Part shown: positions 45,593-56,195 of the stretch, piece after piece | Numbering within the stretch: the stretch's first letter is position 1 | How the letters are laid out: each line of letters starts with the position of its first letter | Position numbers and translations under genes: made by a program | Notes under the pieces: generated by a model | What the model saw: only the letters and a program-made list of their open reading frames with translations | What the model was told of the DNA's origin: nothing | Database searches by the model: none | IMG/VR virus record: IMGVR_UViG_3300021963_000062 | Coordinates: 33,016 to 97,015 of that record | Strand: one strand, 5' to 3' | Source: a virus | DNA: 64,000 nt

Positions 45593-46897
45593 TCAGCGAC
45601 CCATCTGTTTCGCGTACCACTTTTCAAACTCTTCTCTACGCTTGTCACCTCTAGGTGGCATAGGAGTTTTTTCACCACGGACTTTTCCGTACTTCTTTTC
45701 GTTTTCCTTCTCTTCATCTTCTTCATGCTTCTCTGGATTTTCACGAGCTGCTTGAGCTTCGTAAACTCTTTCCATTCTTCTACTAAGAGCAAGGATATCT
45801 TCTAGTTTAATACTCCCATTTTCATTTTCTTCTTTGCGAAGTTGTCCCGTTGCTGCATCCGTAGCTGCAGCTCTATTTCCTAACTGACCTGCAATTCCAG
45901 TATTCTTAGGTGCAGTATTTGTAGTTGTTTGCTTTTTTGCTAATGGATTCTTGATACCAAGTCTAGGGTGTCCAAGATATCCATCACCAGATTGACCACC
46001 AAGAACCTCTAGAATAGACTCTCTCCATTCTTCACTCATGTTTGCCATGATTACGAGTGCGTTCTCTTCAGTCTCTGCATATCCTTCATCTAGAAGGTGA
46101 CCTTTGACTAGATCAAAGATGTCAACACCTTGATTGAGCATTCTCTCTCTTGCACCACCCGCAGGGCCACCTGCTTTGAGTGCTTGTGCTCTTGCACTCA
46201 TTTGTGGTTTTGGTGCTTCAGGCTTTGGTGCTTCTGGTTTTTGTGATAAGGATGCAGCAGGTTTTGATGGGAGATTAAGAGCAGCTCTTACCTTTGGATC
46301 AGCAGCAGATCCTAGAGCGGTTGTAGATGATGGTAGAGCTGGTTTTCCTTCAGATGCCTTTTTAATTTGATCTGGAGCATTACCAGTTTGATAACCAAAA
46401 GTTTTCTGCATCAAAGGATTTGGAGTCTTTGGTTTAATTGACTCTGGGCCAGCAGCTTTAGTTCCTGGTGCGGGTTTTGCAGGTGCTGCAGGTGTTGATG
46501 GTTTTGCAGTTGCAGAAGGAGTTGGTTTTGCTGCAGGAGCTGGTGCAGGTTTAGCGGCCGCAGGAGCAGCAGGTTTTGCAGGTGCAGCAGGAGCAGCAGG
46601 TTTTGCAGGTGCAGCGGGTGGTTTAATTGTTCCACCACCTCTAACATTTCTATTTCTTGTTATTGGCGCCTCTGGTCTTTTTCCTGCTGCATTTCCATAA
46701 AGAAGAGTATTACCTAAAGCAGCTCTATTCTTTGCAACATTGGCATCATAAGCAGCTTTAGCTTTTGGGTCTGTAGGAGCACCACGCTCCATAAGTTGTT
46801 CTACATCTTCTTCTACAACTTCCTCTGAGAGAACCTCAGGAGTCTCGTAAACATGGGAATAGGCCTCCATGAGACCCTTGATTTCTTCTGCTCTCAT
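45593..46897 (-). CDS. Pro/Ala/Lys-rich low-complexity late protein
   Basis: PAAPAKP repeats; DIFDLVKGHLLDEGYAET module; ATAAATA upstream. Confidence 0.7.
   Translation of the reverse strand: MRAEEIKGLMEAYSHVYETPEVLSEEVVEEDVEQLMERGAPTDPKAKAAYDANVAKNRAALGNTLLYGNAAGKRPEAPITRNRNVRGGGTIKPPAAPAKPAAPAAPAKPAAPAAAKPAPAPAAKPTPSATAKPSTPAAPAKPAPGTKAAGPESIKPKTPNPLMQKTFGYQTGNAPDQIKKASEGKPALPSSTTALGSAADPKVRAALNLPSKPAASLSQKPEAPKPEAPKPQMSARAQALKAGGPAGGARERMLNQGVDIFDLVKGHLLDEGYAETEENALVIMANMSEEWRESILEVLGGQSGDGYLGHPRLGIKNPLAKKQTTTNTAPKNTGIAGQLGNRAAATDAATGQLRKEENENGSIKLEDILALSRRMERVYEAQAARENPEKHEEDEEKENEKKYGKVRGEKTPMPPRGDKRREEFEKWYAKQMGR
46470..46622 (-). repeat. PAAPAKP coding tandem repeats
   Basis: gcaggagcagcaggttttgcaggtgc repeated. 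Confidence 0.75.
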
Positions 46898-46926
46898 CGT
46901 TACAAAAAGTACTTTTATAATGTTAT

Positions 46927-47364
46927 TTATTTATCCTCTGGCTTTACAGGACAGCCAATCCCTTCAAAAACTGGAGAACACATTCTCATCGGTGGTGCAA
47001 GTTTCTTACAATCCTCCGAGTAACACAAAGACTCATCGTTTTCTTCTTCTAAGTATTTTTGTTTATATTTTTGATCATAATCGGAAATAATCCGATCATA
47101 CTCCCGTGTTACATCACGAATCGCTTTATCAACATCTCTTTCAACTCTACGATTTACTTTGTTGGGATCTTGTAGTATAATCTCATTAAGAATACCTTGC
47201 GGTAGATACTTTCTTTGAAGTTCGTCTAATAAATCCCAAAGACCACTTTCAGATACTCCTGTACATTGTGAAAGGCCAGCTATAAGTGTAGATACAACAA
47301 CTCCTACAATAATTAATTGTTTTTTATCTGGTTTCTTTTTTCCAAATTGAAAGTTAAATTGCAT
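46927..47364 (-). CDS. conserved membrane-anchored phage protein
   Basis: TM segment, LSQCTG, C-terminal Cys residues. Confidence 0.65.
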   Translation of the reverse strand: MQFNFQFGKKKPDKKQLIIVGVVVSTLIAGLSQCTGVSESGLWDLLDELQRKYLPQGILNEIILQDPNKVNRRVERDVDKAIRDVTREYDRIISDYDQKYKQKYLEEENDESLCYSEDCKKLAPPMRMCSPVFEGIGCPVKPEDK

Positions 47365-47436
47365 GATTTGAAATCATTCTATTACTAGTTATAAGCATCA
47401 ATAAATATAAAAATAGGGAAAGACTGAGGAAAATTA

Positions 47437-50400
47437 ATGTCTAGACTCGGGATCAACACTGGTAGTAATCCTAATGATGGTCAGGGCGATCCATTGCGAA
47501 TTGCAATGGGTAAAATCAATAGTAACTTTCAAGAAGTATATAATACATTTGGGGATGGATTTACTCTCACAAGTTATGCAAGTACTGCAGGAATCTCTAC
47601 ACTTGCAAGAAACTTAACGGGATCTCCAAGAATTAATGTCAGTGGTATTTTAAATACTGGAATCACGACAACGGAACATTTAGAAGTTAGAAATATAACT
47701 TCCACAGGAATTATTACTGCTGTTCAATTTGTTGGAGATGGAAGTCAATTAGAAAATGTTGTTGCAACAAGTAGTGGTGTAGAAGTTTTAGATGATAACG
47801 TAAGAAAAGGAATCGCAAAAGAATTAAATTTTGGACAAGGTATATTTTGTAGTGGGCCAGATGGAGTTGGTAGAGTAACAATTGCTATTACAACTTCTAT
47901 TGTTTCTGGTGGTGGTACTGGGGGATCTCCGTTAGAAATTAGAAATCAAAATACAATTCTCGGCGAATATTCCAAATTAAATTTTGGATCAAATCTATTA
48001 GCTTATGTTAATCCCGTTAGTGGTGTAGTAACAGTAACAACCGCTTCTGGACTTAATGTATCTGGAGTTATAACGGCAACTTCATTCCGTGGTTCTGGTT
48101 CAAGTCTAACAGGAGTAATAACTTCCTTAACCGGATACGCAACTACTGCATATGTCAATTCAGTTGTTTCTGGACTATCAACCTTCTCTGGAAATTATAA
48201 TGATCTTACCAATAAACCCACAATTCCTTCTATAGTTGGTTTGGCTTCAGAAGGATATGTTGATGCTGCAATAAATGAAGTATCATCATTCTCTGGAGAT
48301 TATAATGATCTAACAAACAAACCCACAATTCCTTCTATAGTTGGTTTGGCTTCAGAAGGTTATGTAAATAATTCTATCGTAGGTTTTATTACATCTGGAT
48401 CATTAACTGGATATGCAACTCAAGGATATGTTAATTCTGTTGTTGCCGGAATCGCAACCTTCTCTGGGGATTATAATGATTTAACAAATAAACCGACCAT
48501 TCCATCTATAGTTGGATTGGCTTCTGAAGGTTATGTTGATGCAGCAGTCTCCGGAGTCTCTACATTCTCCGGTGATTACAATGATCTCACTAACAAACCA
48601 ACAATACCAGTAAGTCTTACAGATCTATCAGATGTAAATGCTGGAGCCCCTTCCACAGGGCAAGTTTTGAAGTGGACTGGATCTGAATGGCAACCAGCTC
48701 CAGATTTAACTGCATCGGGAGTTGGGATTGGACTATCAGACTTGTCGGTTAGTATATCGGCGCCAGGTATAAACTCATTAACGTATAATAATACAACTGG
48801 AATATTCCAATTTACTCCAACAGATTTATCTTCCTACGTTACCTCAAGTGGATCTGTCAGTTATGCTTCAAGTTCTGGAGTTTCTGAAGGTCTTATAGGA
48901 ACTCCAAATATTTCCGTTGGTGAAGTGGGAATTTCTTCTTATCTATCAGTTTCTGGAGTCAGTAGTTTCTATAATAATATTCACATAGAAAGTAATAGAG
49001 GTCTTTTTATCGGTGATAATGATGAGTTCCAATTTGCTCACATTGGCGCAGACAGTTACATAGAGAATACTAGTTCTGGTTACTTAGTCATTAGAGATGG
49101 CGGTGAAGGAATTCAACTCAGAAGATCTGGAGGCGGCCCAAATGCTGGACTTATGGCAGCATTTAATAATGATGCTGGAGTTCAACTATATTATGATAGC
49201 GTACTTAAATTCCAAACGTTCCAAGATGGAGTTGCAATAAACGACTCTATTGGAATTGGAACTACTGCAGGAAATCCTCCATATAGACTTACAGTAAGTG
49301 GTATTGGTGCAACTATCACCTCAGGTCTTGAGAATGCCATCGCAGATCTTACTTCAAGTGTTGATGGATATGGACAAGTCAATATCAGAAACTCTCGTTC
49401 TGCTCCTAGTGCTTCTGGTGACTTAGTTATTACTGCAGATACTGGAACAGATACTTCAAACTATATTGATCTTGGAATCAATAATACTGGATTTAGTACA
49501 TCCTCTTGGACAATCAATGGTGTTCTTGATGGATACTTATATACCTCTGATTCCAATCTATCCATTGGAGTTGCAGATACAGGCAAATACCTTTCTTTAT
49601 TCGCAGGTGGAACTCTTGCGGAGAATGAGAAAGTAAGAGTAACTGAAACTGGTGTTGGTATTGGTTCTACACAACCAACATCAATGCTTGCAGTTGGCGG
49701 AGATGTAAGAATTTCTGGAGTTGTTACTGCAACCGCGTTTTATGGCAGTGGTTCTAATTTGAGTGGCATTTTAACTTCTGGCGCTTTAAGTGGTTATGCG
49801 ACAACTGAACTTCTTGATAGTGTGGTATCAAGTATTCCCACATTTGACCAAGACCTAAGCACAACTAATGATGTAACCTTTAATAGAATTGGTATTACAA
49901 CTGGCGTAATAAATGTCGGATATGATAACAGTCTATTGATAAATGTGGAAGATGGCGAAAGTGGAGTATCCACTTATACCTTTGACACTGCTGGAAATTT
50001 AACTATTCCAGGAAATATTTACATAGATGGAAATAGTGGATATGTATTATTCAATAACGGTGGTTCAAAACTACAAGCAGAACCTACTAATGATTTTGAA
50101 ATTCATGTGGGTGGATTTAATAATAAAGTTACAGGATTTGGTACTGATGGAAGTTTAACAGTACCAGGAACCATAACATTAGCAAACGGATTAAAGCTTG
50201 CTGATTCTGGTTCTGGATTACCTGGAAACTTTGGATTTATTGGTGACGAAACTACAGATGTTCTATATCTGCAAGGTCAGAATGGTGTGGTATTGGCATT
50301 CCCTGACGGATTGGATGAGCCTGATTCATTTTTATTTGATGTATCTGGTATAACATTCCCAGATCTCACAGTTCAAACCACTGCTTTTACTGGTTATGCA

Positions 50401-50721
50401 AATACTGCGGGTATTGCAACTTATTCTTCATCATCGGGAATTGCTTCTGGACTAACTTCAACATCATCCGTTAATACCACAGGGATTATTACCGCATCCA
50501 GATTTGAAAGTACTTCTGCAGGAACTCCAACCATTGATTCTCCAAACAACTTAAATATTAATGCAGTAACAGTTGCAATCAGTACCGATCTAACAGTTGG
50601 TGGAGATGCTTATGTTGGAGTTGATACTTCAAGTGGATTAATTTTAACTTCACCAAATGGAACTCAATACAGATTAGTAGTAGACAACTCAGGAAACCTA
50701 AGTACAGTTCTAGTACCATAA
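47437..50721 (+). CDS. virion structural / tail-fibre-like protein
   Basis: N-terminal NDGQGDPLR...KIN.NF.E.Y module, Gly/Ser/Thr-rich, internal repeats, ATAAATA at 47401. Confidence 0.8.
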   Translation: MSRLGINTGSNPNDGQGDPLRIAMGKINSNFQEVYNTFGDGFTLTSYASTAGISTLARNLTGSPRINVSGILNTGITTTEHLEVRNITSTGIITAVQFVGDGSQLENVVATSSGVEVLDDNVRKGIAKELNFGQGIFCSGPDGVGRVTIAITTSIVSGGGTGGSPLEIRNQNTILGEYSKLNFGSNLLAYVNPVSGVVTVTTASGLNVSGVITATSFRGSGSSLTGVITSLTGYATTAYVNSVVSGLSTFSGNYNDLTNKPTIPSIVGLASEGYVDAAINEVSSFSGDYNDLTNKPTIPSIVGLASEGYVNNSIVGFITSGSLTGYATQGYVNSVVAGIATFSGDYNDLTNKPTIPSIVGLASEGYVDAAVSGVSTFSGDYNDLTNKPTIPVSLTDLSDVNAGAPSTGQVLKWTGSEWQPAPDLTASGVGIGLSDLSVSISAPGINSLTYNNTTGIFQFTPTDLSSYVTSSGSVSYASSSGVSEGLIGTPNISVGEVGISSYLSVSGVSSFYNNIHIESNRGLFIGDNDEFQFAHIGADSYIENTSSGYLVIRDGGEGIQLRRSGGGPNAGLMAAFNNDAGVQLYYDSVLKFQTFQDGVAINDSIGIGTTAGNPPYRLTVSGIGATITSGLENAIADLTSSVDGYGQVNIRNSRSAPSASGDLVITADTGTDTSNYIDLGINNTGFSTSSWTINGVLDGYLYTSDSNLSIGVADTGKYLSLFAGGTLAENEKVRVTETGVGIGSTQPTSMLAVGGDVRISGVVTATAFYGSGSNLSGILTSGALSGYATTELLDSVVSSIPTFDQDLSTTNDVTFNRIGITTGVINVGYDNSLLINVEDGESGVSTYTFDTAGNLTIPGNIYIDGNSGYVLFNNGGSKLQAEPTNDFEIHVGGFNNKVTGFGTDGSLTVPGTITLANGLKLADSGSGLPGNFGFIGDETTDVLYLQGQNGVVLAFPDGLDEPDSFLFDVSGITFPDLTVQTTAFTGYANTAGIATYSSSSGIASGLTSTSSVNTTGIITASRFESTSAGTPTIDSPNNLNINAVTVAISTDLTVGGDAYVGVDTSSGLILTSPNGTQYRLVVDNSGNLSTVLVP
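48127..48609 (+). repeat. FSGDYNDLTNKPTIP x4 coding repeat
   Basis: Copies at 48184, 48289, 48460 and 48565. Confidence 0.9.
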
Positions 50722-50722
50722 G

Positions 50723-52659
50723 ATGACTTTAAAAAAATATACTATCAGTGTAACTGAACCTCAGTATTGGCAGGAGATTCATGATCTCCTGTGTACTACA
50801 ACCTCATGCGAACATATTCCAGATAGAGAGGTTTCATGTCATGATGAAAAGGAACATAGTCCTACAAGAGGAACTTTTATTCTTCATGGCAACGAAGCGG
50901 AATCTTTAAAAAACCATCCCCATATTAGTTGGGTGGAATTGGATCCATCTTCATATCCAGATGAATATCCAAAACCATCACATTATATTAAAAGATGGAA
51001 TAAAAATGTAAAGGTTTATAGAGATTTGGGATCTAGTGTTCCAGTTACATCTGGAATAGCCAGTGTAGGAGAACTGGATAGAACTGGTTGGCAAATTGTT
51101 AGAACCGGTATTGGAACTGCTGGAGACTTCTGGGGAACATCGACTGGGGAAACTATTGGCCCAGTATCTGGTGATGTCAGTTACAGTTTAACTGGAAAAA
51201 ATGTCGATGTAATTATTCATGATTCTGGAGTACTTCAATATCATCCAGAATTTTTAGATACAAATAGTCAATCAAGAGTTAGAGATGTAATCCTAGATGG
51301 GCCATATTATATTGATCCAGACTACTTTAATAATGTAATACCTGGTGTTAAGTATACAAAGCCAGACGGTAGAGTTGGAATCGCTACAACTGCTGCAGAA
51401 GAATGGTGGGAACAGTCTGCAAAAAGATCTGCAGGTTTTTCAACAATAGGTACTTTAAGTGTTCCTGTAGATTATACGGTACAAAATACCATAGGTTCTG
51501 GTGGAACTTCACATAATCTTGGTGGTGGTCATGGAACTTCCTGTGCTTCTTTAGTCGCAGGTAAAAATTTCGGATTGGCATTCGAAGCCAATATTTGGAA
51601 TATGTGTGGAATTGGAGATAATACTTCAATTAGTATTGAACAAAATTATGATTTCATGAAACTGTTTCACATGTACAAACCAGTTAACCCTGAAACAGGA
51701 AGAAAAAATCCAACAGTAGTTAATGGTAGTTGGGGATATCAGGCAGCTTTCAGTTCTGCAAATACTGTAACTTATAGGTTCAGAGGAACTACTGGAACCT
51801 TTCTGGGAAATGCGGCTGTTACAGACCAAGTAACTGCAATGAAAAGTGGATTGAATAATCAGGTTGGTGGTGCTCTTGAATCATGGTCTTCATCTTCTCG
51901 TTCAAATTCCACTGATCAAGCGGCTTTAGAAATGATGGATACTGGAGTAATTTATGTGTGTGCTGCAGGAAATAATAATCAAAGACTTGGAGTTGGATCT
52001 ACTGATCCAGATCTTTTAAATTATATGTCAGACAATTGGTTTGGGACAACAGATCCAAGATCACATTTTCCATCCAATTGTGTTCCATGCAATCATAGGA
52101 ACTGGATGAATCCTCAAGGCATTGGATTTAATTCCACAACAGATGCAGAGTTTCATCCCGTTATTTGTGTTGGGGCGATGGATGATTTTATTAGTGCAAC
52201 TACTTTGCCTAGAGGAGAAACCAAAGCTTCTTATTCAAATAATGGCCCAGGAATTGATGTGTGGGCTCCTGCGGATGAAACTCTTGCTGCAGGATTACCA
52301 AACAATGGCAGTGGATATAATGATTTTCGTAGATATGATAATTCTCTACACTTTGATAAAACTTTAATGGAACTAGTGCCGCATCTCCTGTGGCTTGTGG
52401 ATTAATCACTTTATATATGGAAACCAATCCTACAGCAAATTCAAGAAAGGTAAAGTCTTGGTTAAAAAAACATGGTTCCAGAAATATTGGGACTTCTTTA
52501 TACTTGGATCAATATACTGATGATACTACCACACTTTATTGGACTGGTTCTTCGAATATGAGAGGTGCAGAAACTAGAATTCTTTATAATCCTTTTGCAA
52601 ACGATACCAAACCCACTATGAGTGGTATTCAAATTTCTGGAATAAGTCTTTCTCTATAA
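50723..52659 (+). CDS. subtilisin-like S8 peptidase, frameshifted near 52360
   Basis: DSG, HGT and AAGN in one frame; catalytic GTSAASP only in the -1 frame. Confidence 0.8.
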
Positions 52660-52662
52660 ATA
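52655..52662 (+). promoter_or_regulatory. T4-type late promoter
   Basis: TATAAATA. Confidence 0.7.
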
Positions 52663-52689
52663 AGCTGCAATTGTTATCATAACAAAACA

Positions 52690-53184
52690 ATGAAAAGACT
52701 TATCCTAGCCTTTTCGTTATTCTTTGCAACACCAGTCTTTGCAGGGGAAATCACCCATAAGATTGTTGACTCGGTACAACTGACTGTTGATGGTGCTGCA
52801 TCTGCTGCTACCAGAATCGGTTCTTCTTACGCTGTAAGTGGAAGTAACATCTCCGCCACGACCTTTGGTGGTCTGACTGCTCCTGCGAGTGCTACTGCTG
52901 CCGCGACTCAAATTCAGGGTTCATATAATGTAAACACCTCTGGTCAGGCATTCTCTTTTAGCGAATCCTTTACTGTCGGTGATGCTGTTCCATCTGGTAC
53001 TACAGTTACCTCAGGTGTTGTAGGTTCTCTTCCTTCATTCGGAAGTGTTACTACTTCTTCTGGTGGTGTTGCTGGTTCTCTTGCTGGTTCTCTTTCTGCT
53101 ACTGGTGTTCCTACCGTCACCGCTGGTGGTGCTGGAACTCAGGCAGTCGGTCAGAGAAGTGTCGAGTTAAGTGTATTCAAATGA
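52690..53184 (+). CDS. exported Gly/Ser/Thr-rich protein
   Basis: Signal peptide; SVQLTVD, FSFSES. Confidence 0.7.
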   Translation: MKRLILAFSLFFATPVFAGEITHKIVDSVQLTVDGAASAATRIGSSYAVSGSNISATTFGGLTAPASATAAATQIQGSYNVNTSGQAFSFSESFTVGDAVPSGTTVTSGVVGSLPSFGSVTTSSGGVAGSLAGSLSATGVPTVTAGGAGTQAVGQRSVELSVFK

Positions 53185-53543
53185 GATCTATAACTCCCGT
53201 TCTGCTAGTTGCAGCGGGATTTATATCTCCCGCTATGGCAGTGCCAGTCGTACCTAACTTTACCTCTGGCACAATGACTTCACACACGGAGTCCACAACA
53301 ACTGTAAATGAAACTATTCGCCAAATTGATTATCAGACAGGATGGAGTTACACAGTCACGGGGACAAATATCAATATTCCCTCAACACCACAGGTAGGAA
53401 CACCCTATACCATTATGCAAAATGGTGCTCCATTCCAGTTCTCAGAAACCTATTCTGGCCCTGGAATGATCAAAGACACAACTGTGATCCGAAGCACAAC
53501 CATAATGTCAGTTACAGATACAACAAGTGTCTTCACACAATAG
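53181..53543 (+). CDS. exported protein
   Basis: Signal peptide; VPVVPNF, FQFSETY.GPG. Confidence 0.7.
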   Translation: MRSITPVLLVAAGFISPAMAVPVVPNFTSGTMTSHTESTTTVNETIRQIDYQTGWSYTVTGTNINIPSTPQVGTPYTIMQNGAPFQFSETYSGPGMIKDTTVIRSTTIMSVTDTTSVFTQ

Positions 53544-54250
53544 CATCCGCCCTTGTTCTCACTGCCTCTGTGACCCCTGCATTTGCGGAAGGGGACGTTC
53601 CAGTAACAGCAGTTGCGAATCCTCAAGCAACTTCTACAGGAAGCGTAACAAACCAGGCAGTACAGGTATTGCAAGGGCCATACGTTACCAACTCATACGG
53701 TGGTGGCGTAAGTTGTCAAGGGCCAACCTTTAACTTAACTCCATTCTACACAACAACTCATAGTGGTCAGAGACCTTATGAGGATTATGCAAACCTTGAT
53801 AATGACCCTACAACCCCTCTGGAGAGGACTGGACAGAAGGATAACTTCTCTGGTAATTTTGGCATCTCTGGCACGATCTCAATACCCTTAGATGGTGGAT
53901 TACAATCTCGTTGTAAGGCAGCAGCAGAAGTCTGGACTAATCGCCAGAGGGCGGAGACCGATAAGGCTCGTCTTGATTTTGAACTCGTCCGCCTCTTGAA
54001 ATGCGGTGAAGCCATGAAGGCAGGAATCCATTTTCATCCTCAGTCTCCGTATGCAAAGATTTGTGCAGACGTTGTTGTTGTTCCCACTGGAGGTACTGTT
54101 CTTTCTTCTGCAACTTCAGTTCCTTCTGGAAAGCCTTTACAATCTTCTTCTTCAAATCCAACTGGGCAGCGAAATCAACCTGTAACTCGTAAGGCGTCAG
54201 GTCTCGGTGGAGCCGTTTCTTTGCCTGGACGTACATCTGTTGGACAATAG
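53540..54250 (+). CDS. exported conserved phage protein (start uncertain)
   Basis: Signal-like ASALVLTASVTPAFA; GSVTNQAVQ, CQGPT, RLDFELVRL..C; ORF frame opens at 53342. Confidence 0.6.
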   Translation: MASALVLTASVTPAFAEGDVPVTAVANPQATSTGSVTNQAVQVLQGPYVTNSYGGGVSCQGPTFNLTPFYTTTHSGQRPYEDYANLDNDPTTPLERTGQKDNFSGNFGISGTISIPLDGGLQSRCKAAAEVWTNRQRAETDKARLDFELVRLLKCGEAMKAGIHFHPQSPYAKICADVVVVPTGGTVLSSATSVPSGKPLQSSSSNPTGQRNQPVTRKASGLGGAVSLPGRTSVGQ

Positions 54251-54734
54251 GTTTCATCTTACCTACCATCCATTCCACCAAAGATTTCCCAACAATAGCC
54301 GCAGCAACGGAAGCAGTAGCAGTAGTGCCAGCAAGTAAAACCTGTTCTTTAGGAGGAATTGGGACTTCTCCGATGAGGGGTACTTCAATGACTGGTACTC
54401 CTAAATTTGTTGTTGGTGGTGGAATTACCTGTTGTTGAACTGATTCTGGTGTCTGAACAGCAGGTATCTGTGGTGCTGCTGGTGGAGGAAGTTGTCTAGA
54501 CTTTTCCTCAATTTCATCTTTCTTCTCTTCGTTCTGTTTTTGCCCCTCAACCATCTGTTTCCATTGTTCCATTGTGGGAACATCAAGTTGTTCATAATAA
54601 GGTAAGTTTGCAGATGGTACTTCTACCACAGGTTTCTGCAGACTTCTTATTGATGGTGGTGTGAACACTGGTGGTTCCAGTTGACGAACAACAGGAACCT
54701 CAACCCTGGGTACATTTATTTCAGGAATTTCCAT
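53937..54734 (-). CDS. Pro-rich membrane protein
   Basis: Pro-rich N-terminus, TM ATASVAAAIV. Confidence 0.6.
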   Translation of the reverse strand: MEIPEINVPRVEVPVVRQLEPPVFTPPSIRSLQKPVVEVPSANLPYYEQLDVPTMEQWKQMVEGQKQNEEKKDEIEEKSRQLPPPAAPQIPAVQTPESVQQQVIPPPTTNLGVPVIEVPLIGEVPIPPKEQVLLAGTTATASVAAAIVGKSLVEWMVGKMKPIVQQMYVQAKKRLHRDLTPYELQVDFAAQLDLKKKIVKAFQKELKLQKKEQYLQWEQQQRLHKSLHTETEDENGFLPSWLHRISRGGRVQNQDEPYRSPPSGD

Positions 54735-54738
54735 TAGA

Positions 54739-55485
54739 TCAATATTTACCCTCTACACACATTTGTGCTTTCTTATTTGGATAATAAGGATACAAACCAT
54801 CTCTGGGTTTCATCCAGTTACATCCAATCAACCATTCTTTAGTCATGGGAGTTGGTTCTACTTGTTCCCATAATGGTTTTTCTGCAACCATCTCAAGATA
54901 TCTAGCAGTTTGATTGGATTGTTCCTCAGCCCAATTTGCATCCGCTTCCCAGGGAACAGCACGACTCTGACCTATTGATTCGTAAGTGAGTTTGGTTTGT
55001 TTCATAATCCAGGCAGGAATCTCAGAATCCTGATGAACCTGTGCCATAAACGAGGTATGCAAACCACCTCCCATAGCATCTTGAACTACATGCCAACCTT
55101 CGTGTCTCAAAGTTCCAAGAAACTCTCTTTCATCACTCAATAACTTTTCACTGATAAAAAAACGATTAAGATTGGGTTTATAGATACCAACAGTTCTTGG
55201 TGTAAAATATCTTTCTGGAGCAAGATAAACTCCAACTTCCAACTTATTCAGAGCAGCGATAATTCTCTTTATTTCTTCTCTGAATGGATCAAAACCTTCT
55301 TTATCAAATACTGAAGATTTTGGAGTAAGTTTTTCAACCCCTTCAGTGCATTCTAGAAGAATCATACAACCCATTGCGTCAAGACTATATGGTTTGACAG
55401 TTGGTTGAGTTGGTTCTAGTGAATTAGCAAATACTGGTGATGCTAAAGTAATTGTGAGGCCAAGTGTTGCGAGTAGTTTTTTCAT
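54739..55485 (-). CDS. exported zincin-like metallopeptidase
   Basis: Signal peptide, HEGWH (HExxH), WEADA. Confidence 0.65.
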   Translation of the reverse strand: MKKLLATLGLTITLASPVFANSLEPTQPTVKPYSLDAMGCMILLECTEGVEKLTPKSSVFDKEGFDPFREEIKRIIAALNKLEVGVYLAPERYFTPRTVGIYKPNLNRFFISEKLLSDEREFLGTLRHEGWHVVQDAMGGGLHTSFMAQVHQDSEIPAWIMKQTKLTYESIGQSRAVPWEADANWAEEQSNQTARYLEMVAEKPLWEQVEPTPMTKEWLIGCNWMKPRDGLYPYYPNKKAQMCVEGKY

Positions 55486-55682
55486 TCATCCCACCATCCT
55501 TCTTCTTTATGTATCCATATTTTGAGATTTTTGACATACTCTCGTAATATTTGTGCTTGTTCCTCATGCCAAAAATCACCCGTCTCCATCCAGAGGCGGG
55601 TGTGGTTATCTATGGCTTTGAGTATTTGATGGATGGGAGCATTCCAACACTCCCTTTTGGGAGTGTTCCATTCTCGTGGCAC
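55482..55682 (-). CDS. hypothetical protein
   Basis: WNAPIH..LKAIDNH. Confidence 0.6.
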   Translation of the reverse strand: MPREWNTPKRECWNAPIHQILKAIDNHTRLWMETGDFWHEEQAQILREYVKNLKIWIHKEEGWWDE

Positions 55683-55785
55683 GGTATTACGAGCGAGTGT
55701 ATTTCATTATATCTAAAATATTCCAATTGGCATTGACCAGGAGATGTTTCCACATATCCAACAATCATGAATGCAATGAATTCAA

Positions 55786-56154
55786 TCATGTTCTTGGTTG
55801 TACGAATCCCTCTCCCTCTTCACCTTCTACCTTAGTCTCAAGAGCTTCAACTCTTTCTTCTAGAGAAACTTCTCTAACAGGAGCCGATTCTTCTACCACT
55901 GGTTCTGGTGTAGGTGTTTCAACTACATACTCAGTTCTTTGTTCTTCTTTTTTGTGATCGTCATCATCCTCGCCACCCTTCTTCATGGTATTAATTCCAA
56001 AGGTAGCTGCAGATGCAGTAAAGACGGTCGCAATAAAAGTTGGATCCATCTTAGATAGAGCACCAGCATAACTTGCGGTGAGAAGAGCAGCAGACCATCC
56101 GAGGATGGCAATACGAATTACTTGCCCCAAAGCATTCTCCTTTTTCTTATCCAT
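55786..56154 (-). CDS. two-TM membrane protein
   Basis: ILGWSA.LLT.SY, DPTFIA.VF...ATFG. Confidence 0.65.
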   Translation of the reverse strand: MDKKKENALGQVIRIAILGWSAALLTASYAGALSKMDPTFIATVFTASAATFGINTMKKGGEDDDDHKKEEQRTEYVVETPTPEPVVEESAPVREVSLEERVEALETKVEGEEGEGFVQPRT

Positions 56155-56195
56155 ATTGGGATTCCGTGTGATTGAAATCTAAGGTATTTAGGATT

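Noticed and set aside
48127-48609. CRISPR-like repeat array
   Set aside because: In-frame coding repeats with synonymous variation; no unique spacers or cas genes
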